Virus record (IMG/VR): IMGVR_UViG_3300005439_000017
Coordinates: 20,020-84,019 of that record
Source of the DNA: a virus
Taxonomy: Duplodnaviria; Caudoviricetes
DNA length: 64,000 bases
Strand: one strand, 5' to 3'
The notes below the pieces were generated by a model. It was not told the origin of the DNA and did not search any database. It was given only the letters and a program-made list of their open reading frames with translations. Both the position numbers and the translations under genes were made by a program. Position 1 is the stretch's first letter. Every line of letters starts with the position of its first letter. Positions 56,316 through 63,426 of the stretch are shown here, piece by piece.

Positions 56316-56580
56316 AGATCTCGGATATTTCCCTACTAACGAAGAGGGAATAATCATCAAAAATATAGCTAAAGGCTATGCAGCATCAATTATGACTGCT
56401 GAAAGATACAAAAAAGCACCTGAAGAGAAAGCTGAACTTGCAACAGCCAAGAACAAATATAAAGCTGCTGTAAGAAGCAAAAGTCCAGCACTAAAAGAGT
56501 CACAGAGTGTTCTGATTCAGGCTATTCTTAGTGCCAAAACTCCAAATTGGGGTAGCTTAACATTTAAGCCCCTTTCATAA
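56305..56580 (+). CDS. Hypothetical basic protein
   Basis: 91-aa coupled ORF. Confidence 0.6.
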   Translation: METKDLGYFPTNEEGIIIKNIAKGYAASIMTAERYKKAPEEKAELATAKNKYKAAVRSKSPALKESQSVLIQAILSAKTPNWGSLTFKPLS

Positions 56581-56618
56581 GAAACCAAATCTTCCGAGGT
56601 CTATAAAAAGGAGGAATG

Positions 56619-57080
56619 TACTTCAAGATAGGATACTAGCATGTTTAATATGTAATATAGAGCAATTAACAAAAAAAATGTCTCTATATAAACAAAAGAG
56701 AAGATAGTATTACGTATGATTGCAGTGGTGAGCAAGTCCTATCAAATATATCATACCAGAAAAATGGTAGAGAGTATGAATCTAACTTGAGTATTAATAT
56801 TAATCAATTGTAACACTTATATAAGTTACAGCGAGAGTTAGAGGAGGCAACATATACGACAAAGAATGTATATGTCTTAACAATAGTAATATTGTTATAG
56901 TAGTTATTGTATATAGAAAATACGTTGCAACTGAAAAATGTTGCACTAGGTTAAATGTACCAAACCAGCTATATAGTAACATTGTGCAACTAGCGTGATT
57001 AGCTAGTAATGTCCCAGACAGAGTTTAGTTTATAACTATCTCTAAATAGTTTCTACTAATCAGTCTTCTATAAAAAGACA
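56619..57080 (+). ncRNA. Candidate large (~460 nt) structured ncRNA
   Basis: No credible ORF. At least 9 helices, including GATAGGA/TCCTATC, ATATAGAG/CTCTATAT, TCATAC/GTATGA, TGTAAC/GTTACA, AACAATA-GTAA-TATTGTT and GTTGCAC/GTGCAAC. Confidence 0.5.
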
Positions 57081-57099
57081 GATTTTAAATAATTCTAAA

Positions 57100-57414
57100 A
57101 TGAATCAAATATTATCTCCAACAAAAATAGATAATTCTATTCAATCTTTCTATGAATATAAAGGATATACTGTGAGACTTAGATTTATAAAAGGATTAAG
57201 ATTAAGTGGAAATGCTAGTTATTCTATCATAAAGTATATTGATAATATCAATAGTCCTAATGGTAAAAAGGCTTTATATTTAAAACAGGAAAATTGGACA
57301 TATTGTCTACCAGAGAAATTATTAGAAAGAGCTAAAAACTACATAGATAATCATGAAGATAATCTAATTAAGAAATTCAAGATAAAAGCTGATAAGAGTT
57401 CAGCTCCGAGTTAG
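57100..57414 (+). CDS. Hypothetical protein
   Basis: 104-aa ORF with an A-rich leader. Confidence 0.6.
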   Translation: MNQILSPTKIDNSIQSFYEYKGYTVRLRFIKGLRLSGNASYSIIKYIDNINSPNGKKALYLKQENWTYCLPEKLLERAKNYIDNHEDNLIKKFKIKADKSSAPS

Positions 57415-57640
57415 TCCACTAACTCTAGAGGTTTGATCATTTGCCGGCAAGATCAGATCAGTGGAATACAATAGAGAGAAACTTGTTCAACTATTGTAAA
57501 TTAGCGCTTATAAGTAATTGCAAGTACTGTAAGCAGAACAAGAGTGGTGTACATCACTAAGTATTTAAATTAAGATTCTCCATGTAAAAAGCAACTTGGA
57601 GAACAAAAAAGGTAGAGAGTGTACATATCTATCTTTCTTA
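57415..57640 (+). ncRNA. Chain of hairpins, candidate ncRNA
   Basis: TCCACT/AGTGGA, TTTGATC/GATCAGA, TACAATAG/CTATTGTA, AGTGGT/ATCACT, TTCTCCA/TGGAGAA and AAAGGTAGA/TCTATCTTT. Confidence 0.4.
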
Positions 57641-57668
57641 TTCATTTGGAAAACTAATACAAATTTAT

Positions 57669-58007
57669 ATGGAAATAAAGAAGCAACTAGAAATATATAA
57701 AATAGCTTTAAAGGATTATAGAAAAGGATTAATATCAATCTATAGAGTAAAAAAATTCTTATATAATCTTTTTAATATAAAAGAAGAAATTAATCCTTTT
57801 TATATCAATAGTTATGAACTAACACGGTATGGGTTTTGCCATTATTTTAATAATAAAACAATAACCTATATATGTACATTATCCATATTAAATTCATTAA
57901 GACCGGATCATGAGTTAGCATATTGGTTTCCTGTAGGAGATAAAAAATCTAGAATTAAATTACTTAAAAAAGCAATAAAAATCTGTGAACAAAAATTAAA
58001 TCAATAA
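57669..58007 (+). CDS. Hypothetical protein
   Basis: 112 aa ending YWFPVGDKKSRIKLLKKAI. Confidence 0.6.
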   Translation: MEIKKQLEIYKIALKDYRKGLISIYRVKKFLYNLFNIKEEINPFYINSYELTRYGFCHYFNNKTITYICTLSILNSLRPDHELAYWFPVGDKKSRIKLLKKAIKICEQKLNQ

Positions 58008-58008
58008 T

Positions 58009-58374
58009 ATGGAAAAACAAATAACTCATTTTACCGACATCAAATCTTATGAAGATGCGTGTCAGGTATTAAAGAAAAAGCCTAGCAAAAAAGCTAAAAT
58101 CTACGAAAGATTAAGAACTATTTGCAAAGCAATAAATTCATTAATCAATAATGAAAACAATGCTAAATTTCCCGATTATAAGAATACGATTCAAAGGAAA
58201 TGGTTTCCTTACTTTACATGTAGTGAAGATAGTTGGGTGTTCTTCTTTTCGTCTTGCGGCTACTGCCGTTGTGACGCTTGGGTTGGTGTTTATAAAACAC
58301 AAGAAGCATCAGACTATGCAGGAAGGACATTTTTTAAGGAATATGTAGAATTTATCGAAGATCAAAGTAACTAA
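58009..58374 (+). CDS. Small early protein, putative DGR target (paralog 2)
   Basis: IKSYEDACQVL...PDYKN...KWFPYF...VR...YKTQEASDYAGRTFFKEY. Confidence 0.7.
   Translation: MEKQITHFTDIKSYEDACQVLKKKPSKKAKIYERLRTICKAINSLINNENNAKFPDYKNTIQRKWFPYFTCSEDSWVFFFSSCGYCRCDAWVGVYKTQEASDYAGRTFFKEYVEFIEDQSN
58231..58293 (+). repeat. Putative DGR variable region VR2
   Basis: Ungapped match to VR1, 4 A in 63 nt, and an identical 3' 18-mer GCTTGGGTTGGTGTTTAT. Confidence 0.7.
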
Positions 58375-58377
58375 AAA

Positions 58378-58767
58378 ATGAAACAACTGTTAATAATTTT
58401 GTTAAGTGGTATATCAATAACAGTACAATCACAAAACTTACAAATAGCTCAAAAAACTAAAAATGGTATAGTCTATAACTACTCAAAAGAAAAGTTGATA
58501 GAAGCTACGAAAACAGCTAATAATAGCATTAGTATAGATAGGATAGCTTACAAAGATGTTCACATTACTAATACTACTATTCCTTTTTTAGTATTTGAAA
58601 AGGAAACATTTGACACATATTCTGAAAAGATGTATATTCCACTAATTGAAACAGCTAATGGATATGAACTCGAAGAAAGTTGGTCCCCCAAGTACTATCC
58701 TGATAAGTATACTGTGTATTCAGGTATGTTTTCTGTTATTTTCTATGATAAATTAACCCAAAAATGA
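58378..58767 (+). CDS. Secreted hypothetical protein
   Basis: Signal peptide MKQLLIILLSGISITVQS-Q. Confidence 0.6.
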   Translation: MKQLLIILLSGISITVQSQNLQIAQKTKNGIVYNYSKEKLIEATKTANNSISIDRIAYKDVHITNTTIPFLVFEKETFDTYSEKMYIPLIETANGYELEESWSPKYYPDKYTVYSGMFSVIFYDKLTQK

Positions 58768-58823
58768 TATTAGCAATTTTAATCATAGTAATAATTATTT
58801 TACTGTGGAAATAAGCAAAATAT

Positions 58824-58899
58824 TAGTGTAGAGGACAGAAGTTCGAATCTTCTACTTATCATGAGATAGGTTCTTCTAGTGGTTAGGAAGGCTACACTA
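58824..58899 (+). ncRNA. Circularly permuted tRNA-like RNA (YrlA/Y-RNA-like module)
   Basis: Order is stem TAGTGTAG, AGGAC, T-arm AGAAG-TTCGAAT-CTTCT, acceptor-like ACTTATC-ATGA-GATAGGT, D-arm TTCT-AGTGGTTA-GGAA, then stem CTACACTA. Confidence 0.75.
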
Positions 58900-58902
58900 T
58901 TC

Positions 58903-58976
58903 GGGCCCATAGCTCATTCGGTTAGAGCATCTGACTCATAATCAGGGGGTGCTTGGTTCGATCCCAAGTGGGCCCA
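58903..58976 (+). tRNA. tRNA-Ile2 (CAT, lysidine) or elongator tRNA-Met
   Basis: GGGCCCA/TGGGCCC-A, TCTGA-CTCATAA-TCAGG and CTTGG-TTCGATC-CCAAG. Confidence 0.9.
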
Positions 58977-58990
58977 CAAATAAATTTAAA

Positions 58991-59242
58991 ATGATACAAT
59001 CAATAATTTTTGTAAATATAATACTAGGTGTTATATTTATACCCGTCTTAGTCTATTCGTTTGTTGAAAGAATAATATATGGAGAATGGCCTACTAAATC
59101 CACATCTTTTGGAGATTGGTTAATGTCATTTATTGTAGGAACTATGTATATATTTGTAGGCATAACTATAGTAGGTGGGCTTATTATACTATATATGTGT
59201 TTACAAGCTCTATGGCATTATTGTGGTAATATAATACATTAA
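58991..59242 (+). CDS. Small two-TM protein, LG(V/I)xFIP family
   Basis: Real start MIQSIIF at 58991. The track start overlaps the tRNA. Confidence 0.6.
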   Translation: MIQSIIFVNIILGVIFIPVLVYSFVERIIYGEWPTKSTSFGDWLMSFIVGTMYIFVGITIVGGLIILYMCLQALWHYCGNIIH

Positions 59243-59255
59243 GATTATCAAAAAA

Positions 59256-59328
59256 GCACTATTAACTCAGCGAATAGAGTAATGGTTTTCTAAACCATAA
59301 GTCCTAGGTTTGAATCCTAGATAGTGCA
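59256..59328 (+). tRNA. trnR: tRNA-Arg (TCT)
   Basis: GCACTAT/ATAGTGC-A, ATGGT-TTTCTAA-ACCAT and CTAGG-TTTGAAT-CCTAG. Confidence 0.88.
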
Positions 59329-59342
59329 CAAATTAAAAAAAT

Positions 59343-59564
59343 ATGCAAACATTATTAACAATTCTAATTTTATTAGGAGTTATCTTTATTCCGTTCTCGA
59401 TAGGAAAACTCTTATATTTAGTAGCGCCTAATAAAGAACCGGCATTACCAGAAACAATAGGTAATGCTTATATAATGGGTGTCGTAATAATTGTACTAAT
59501 ACTAATAACAGCAGGTGCAATTTATGTAACCTATAGAGCTGCCGGAGATATATTAAATTCATAA
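59343..59564 (+). CDS. Small two-TM protein, LG(V/I)xFIP family
   Basis: MQTLLTILILLGVIFIPF. Confidence 0.6.
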   Translation: MQTLLTILILLGVIFIPFSIGKLLYLVAPNKEPALPETIGNAYIMGVVIIVLILITAGAIYVTYRAAGDILNS

Positions 59565-59683
59565 ATAAATAAAAGAAATCTTTTCTAGCCATTCTAAAGA
59601 TGGCAACTATAGACCATTAAAACGTTGAGGTGAATTAACCTATATGAAGCAAATGCGACCCTTGGCAATAGTAGATTTGATAG

Positions 59684-59776
59684 CACTAGTAGTATCCCTA
59701 GTAAGGTGTGGTAGGGTCTTTGTAGGTTCAAATCCTAGGTCATCTATTTATTTGGATGTAAGACCCGCTACTAGTG
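59684..59776 (+). ncRNA. Structured RNA containing a T-arm-like hairpin
   Basis: CACTAGTAGT/GCTACTAGTG and GGGTCTT/AAGACCC enclose TAGG-TTCAAAT-CCTA and CATCTA/TGGATG. Confidence 0.5.
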
Positions 59777-59798
59777 TAAAAACCAAGAAAAGAAAATT

Positions 59799-59984
59799 AT
59801 GGAAGAAAAACAAGAAAGATATATAGTATTTTTCGATACTAAAGATCAAATAAGATATGAAAATAGAGAAGATCTACTACATAGATTAAAAAACAAGAGT
59901 GTCTTTGAAACTGATAAAATAGTTGATTTAAATGAAGGCAGAATATACAAATTAGTAGATTGGATGAGAATAAACTTAAAATAA
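59799..59984 (+). CDS. Hypothetical protein
   Basis: 61-aa ORF with an A-rich leader. Confidence 0.5.
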   Translation: MEEKQERYIVFFDTKDQIRYENREDLLHRLKNKSVFETDKIVDLNEGRIYKLVDWMRINLK

Positions 59985-59985
59985 G

Positions 59986-60210
59986 ATGATACAGATATTA
60001 CTAACAATATCAATGATTCTAGGAATTGTTTTTATTCCTTTCATAGTAACAATTATAGAAGATTTAATAACTTTTAAAAGTTTTCAACTTCCTATTTTTA
60101 CTTTAATTGACTATCTTAATGGTGTATCAATTTTAGCAATATTCGCAGCTATATCATCTATCATCTACTTAATATATTTACTAGCTGGAATTTTATTATT
60201 ATACATATGA
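59986..60210 (+). CDS. Small two-TM protein, LG(V/I)xFIP family
   Basis: MIQILLTISMILGIVFIPF. Confidence 0.6.
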   Translation: MIQILLTISMILGIVFIPFIVTIIEDLITFKSFQLPIFTLIDYLNGVSILAIFAAISSIIYLIYLLAGILLLYI

Positions 60211-60440
60211 AACAATTAATACTATTATTAGTAGTACTATCATCTTGTACTACTATACAACAAAACAAACAACAATCAAAATATCTTAAAGATGTTACAT
60301 GTATTGATACTGACAAAATCAATAAATTTGCTAATTTTGAAGAGATTAAAGATGATACCAACTCTTCTGTAAAGTATAATAAATGTGTGAAGATTATACT
60401 TACAGTAGATAATTCAGATGTTGAAAAAGAATTAAAATAA
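60207..60440 (+). CDS. Small lipoprotein
   Basis: Lipobox VLSS-C at residue 14. Confidence 0.6.
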   Translation: MKQLILLLVVLSSCTTIQQNKQQSKYLKDVTCIDTDKINKFANFEEIKDDTNSSVKYNKCVKIILTVDNSDVEKELK

Positions 60441-60446
60441 AAAAAA

Positions 60447-60758
60447 ATGAATATATTTAAAAGAGTAAAAACACTAGAATATAACGAAAATAGGTTAAGA
60501 AATATTATAGATATTCTTGAAAGGCAAGTTTTTGAACTTAAAAATCCCGCTAAATTTAAAGTAGGAGAAAAGGTATTAGTTACCAGCGATGTTACAACAT
60601 ATAATAATGTAAGAGATGAATGCATAGTAGTAGATTTTAGACTTACTAGAAATATATACAACTCAGAAACATATAGATTTTACAGATTATATACTTTGTT
60701 TAATCTACGACAAAATAGAATATTACAAGAAATCGATGAAAGTTTTATTAATGTCTAA
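60447..60758 (+). CDS. Hypothetical protein (coiled coil plus SH3-like)
   Basis: NPAKFKVGEKVLV motif. Confidence 0.55.
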   Translation: MNIFKRVKTLEYNENRLRNIIDILERQVFELKNPAKFKVGEKVLVTSDVTTYNNVRDECIVVDFRLTRNIYNSETYRFYRLYTLFNLRQNRILQEIDESFINV

Positions 60759-60885
60759 AAATTTGAAACAAGTAATTATTCTAACATTAACAATAGCTTT
60801 ATTGAGCAATTGCTCAAAAGTATCACATACAAAATACAATAATTTTAAAAAAACAAAATCAACTTGTAAAAATCAAAAATTCTAA
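60751..60885 (+). CDS. Small basic lipoprotein (44 aa)
   Basis: MSKNLKQVIILTLTIALLSN-C, overlapping both neighbours. Confidence 0.45.
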   Translation: MSKNLKQVIILTLTIALLSNCSKVSHTKYNNFKKTKSTCKNQKF

Positions 60886-61277
60886 TGAACACATTTTTAA
60901 ACATCTATAGCGATCTATATTGGATTACTAGACTAGATTCACTAAGAACATTTGCTATTGCAATTACTGCAATTTTCACATTTACTATACTTGTATATTT
61001 TATTTCTCAAGCAGTTGAAAATAATAGTTACAAGGATTTTACTTGTAAATGGTTTTACAGATTATGTCTAGCTATTTTAATTATTTTTGCTCCCGCTACG
61101 ATATTATTACCCACAGAAAGAGAGACTTTTTTAATACTGGCTGGAGGTAAAACTATTGAATTTGCACAACAAGATACTTCCTTGCAAAAGATACCGGCTC
61201 AAACAACAGCTATTGTATCTAAATTCTTAGAAGAGCAACTAAAAGAAGTAGATAAAAAACAAGAAGACAATGAGTAA
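60885..61277 (+). CDS. Membrane protein
   Basis: Two TM segments and LLPTERETFLILAGG motif. Confidence 0.6.
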   Translation: MNTFLNIYSDLYWITRLDSLRTFAIAITAIFTFTILVYFISQAVENNSYKDFTCKWFYRLCLAILIIFAPATILLPTERETFLILAGGKTIEFAQQDTSLQKIPAQTTAIVSKFLEEQLKEVDKKQEDNE

Positions 61278-61330
61278 ACATGAATATGTATTTACTCAAG
61301 GTAAATATACAAATACTAATTTTTCATATC

Positions 61331-62140
61331 ATGAAGAAAGCCTTAGTAAAAAACCGAAGAACTACCCAAAAGAACCAAATATCAAAAGTACAATCACAAG
61401 AGAAGGAAGAAGAATTAACCACAAAACCGGTATATCTTTCGTTTGAACAAGTGTTTGGAAATCCTATAACAAATTATAGCAATGGGATAGCTAATGGGCA
61501 TCTATTTGCATTAGCAAATATAAAAGGTGATATTAAAGTAAAGTGCTGCACTTGTAAAGACTTTATTCAGGACTATTTCTGGTCTAGTTATACTGGAAAC
61601 GATGTTAACCAACAATATGGATATTCTTGTAAAGCAGAATCTATACAAGATAACTATATTATCTATTTAGCATTTTCTTTAGGCATGGGGTATGTAGATG
61701 GGAAAAATAATCATAAAGGAATATTTTCAATTCCGACTAATTGGACAAAGAATCTTGAACTTTTTATATATTTATTATCCAGCGATTTAGGATTATCATG
61801 TCCAACAGGATTAAGGCTAGAAGACGGTAATTATACTATTCAAATACAGAAAGATTGGACAGAAAAACCATACTTGTTGAGTCTATTAACATATTGTATT
61901 AGAATAGGTTGTTATACTAGCTATTATGAGTTTCTGGAGAGAGAATACTATCAACTAACAAATCCATTTGTACTTATTAATAATGATAATACAAGTAAAT
62001 GGGATATTGTTAGAACAAAATTAAACAAACTAATTCAATTAAAACAAAACAAACAAAAACTACCTGATCAAAAGTGGACAGATTATACAACACAAGGTAC
62101 TGCTCATAATAGTTCAGGTATAATTTCTTACAATTTATGA
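61331..62140 (+). CDS. Hypothetical protein with CCTCKDFIQD motif
   Basis: Probable start MKKALVK at 61331. Function not assigned. Confidence 0.6.
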   Translation: MKKALVKNRRTTQKNQISKVQSQEKEEELTTKPVYLSFEQVFGNPITNYSNGIANGHLFALANIKGDIKVKCCTCKDFIQDYFWSSYTGNDVNQQYGYSCKAESIQDNYIIYLAFSLGMGYVDGKNNHKGIFSIPTNWTKNLELFIYLLSSDLGLSCPTGLRLEDGNYTIQIQKDWTEKPYLLSLLTYCIRIGCYTSYYEFLEREYYQLTNPFVLINNDNTSKWDIVRTKLNKLIQLKQNKQKLPDQKWTDYTTQGTAHNSSGIISYNL

Positions 62141-62388
62141 TTAATATACCATTTAGTTCTGAAAGAGTCAGAACATTACCACAGGGCTTTACAACAAGCT
62201 GTAGTCCTATTGGATTCGATGAACAAGGAAATCCTATATATCATCCAAACAGAAGAGTAAGAAGATCTCACATCTATTCCAAATTATTGAGAAGAGAATC
62301 GAGAAAATTGCAAAGAAAGCAAACCATCATTGGCACAGATGCTAATGGAAAAAGATTCAAGAAAGTTATAATTCATAATTTGTCCTAG
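62137..62388 (+). CDS. Small basic hypothetical protein
   Basis: HPNRRVRR motif. Confidence 0.55.
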   Translation: MINIPFSSERVRTLPQGFTTSCSPIGFDEQGNPIYHPNRRVRRSHIYSKLLRRESRKLQRKQTIIGTDANGKRFKKVIIHNLS

Positions 62389-62389
62389 T

Positions 62390-62620
62390 ATGAGAGGTAA
62401 AAAACTATCTTGGCAAGAATTTAGAGATCTAAAAACTACAACAATTCCTAACAATGAAGCCAAAGAAAGGAAACTTAGGGCAGATATCCAAAGAGCTAAA
62501 GTACTTGTTATACGTTCTAATTTTGGATCTGTAGCTGAATTTAAGAGAAAAGCACCTAGTTTTTCTAATAGATTTTTATTACAAGCTTTTAGAACCTATA
62601 AGAATAGTAAACTACTATAA
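62390..62620 (+). CDS. Small basic hypothetical protein
   Basis: 76-aa ORF. Confidence 0.55.
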   Translation: MRGKKLSWQEFRDLKTTTIPNNEAKERKLRADIQRAKVLVIRSNFGSVAEFKRKAPSFSNRFLLQAFRTYKNSKLL

Positions 62621-62629
62621 TCCATACAT

Positions 62630-62789
62630 CCTCTGGAATGGACAAATAGTAGAGTGTTGCGAAATTGCTCTAATTTACGACTTATTATTTATAATAATTA
62701 GTAAATTATCAAAAGTAGAACTATTCCACTATTCTAATTAGTTTGTAATCTTATATAGACTAATGGCGGTTCGAATCCGCCCCAGAGGA
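62630..62789 (+). ncRNA. 160-nt tRNA-ended RNA (acceptor stem plus T-arm enclosing four hairpins)
   Basis: CCTCTGG/CCAGAGG-A acceptor and GGCGG-TTCGAAT-CCGCC T-arm, followed by CAA like the other plus-strand tRNA genes. Confidence 0.7.
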
Positions 62790-62854
62790 CAAGAATCTCA
62801 AGATTCAAATAAAGAGGACTTTTCATGGTTTTTAACTTCATATAAAACCATATT

Positions 62855-62888
62855 AGGGTAGAGGAGATAGCATCTTCTACCCTTTTTT
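62855..62888 (+). terminator. Intrinsic terminator
   Basis: AGGGTAGA...TCTACCCT-TTTTT. Confidence 0.75.
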
Positions 62889-62906
62889 AACTTTTTAATT
62901 AAAATT

Positions 62907-63404
62907 ATGAAGACATTAAAAATAGATGAAAATAAAGCTAAGGAACTTTATCCAATAGCTTCTAAAGAATTTAAGATTGTGTTGGAGACAACATTTGGAG
63001 TAGATTTCTTTAAAAAAAGATCTCCTCTTGATATTGACTCTCTAGTAAAGCTAGTAGACTATACGTTAGAAACGTATCATATTAATATATATGATCTTAT
63101 ATTAGATGAGGTAGATACAAAAAACGAAGATTTTAGAAGAGCAAATGCCACAATTATTCTTAAGTATTTAGCAAAAGCTTATAATGAAGAAACAGTATTA
63201 AATTGGAGAAATACTAATGAATACAAATATTTTCCATATTTACATTTCGTTAGTGGTTCTTGCTCGGTTCTCTTCGACGGTTGGTGTTTCTGTCTGCATT
63301 GTCCGGTTGGTTTTTACTATAAGAACGAAAAATTAGCAAGGCAAGCATATAACAATTTTAAAATTTACTTTGAAGATTTTTGGGGAGCTAAAGCTGACCA
63401 ATAA
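62907..63404 (+). CDS. Small early protein, putative DGR target (paralog 3)
   Basis: LKYLAKAYNE...NWRNTNEYKYFPYL...VR...YKNEKLARQAYNNFKIYFEDF. Confidence 0.65.
   Translation: MKTLKIDENKAKELYPIASKEFKIVLETTFGVDFFKKRSPLDIDSLVKLVDYTLETYHINIYDLILDEVDTKNEDFRRANATIILKYLAKAYNEETVLNWRNTNEYKYFPYLHFVSGSCSVLFDGWCFCLHCPVGFYYKNEKLARQAYNNFKIYFEDFWGAKADQ
63255..63317 (+). repeat. Putative DGR variable region VR3 (divergent template)
   Basis: 3 A in 63 nt, mostly NNY codons, ends GGTTGGTTTTTAC. It does not align cleanly with VR1/VR2. Confidence 0.55.
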
Positions 63405-63426
63405 AGTTAAATTATAAGACAGACAA

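Noticed and set aside
55990-56982. Minus-strand ORFs at 55990-56181 and 56800-56982, plus-strand ORF at 59644-59826, and minus-strand ORFs at 60161-60661, 63438-63632 and 63769-63957
   Set aside because: They overlap tmRNA, structured RNA or real plus-strand genes, and have atypical composition.
62630-62789. Selenocysteine tRNA (long extra arm, possible 8-bp acceptor)
   Set aside because: No UCA anticodon arm, no Sec-type D-arm, no G73, and the element is far too long.
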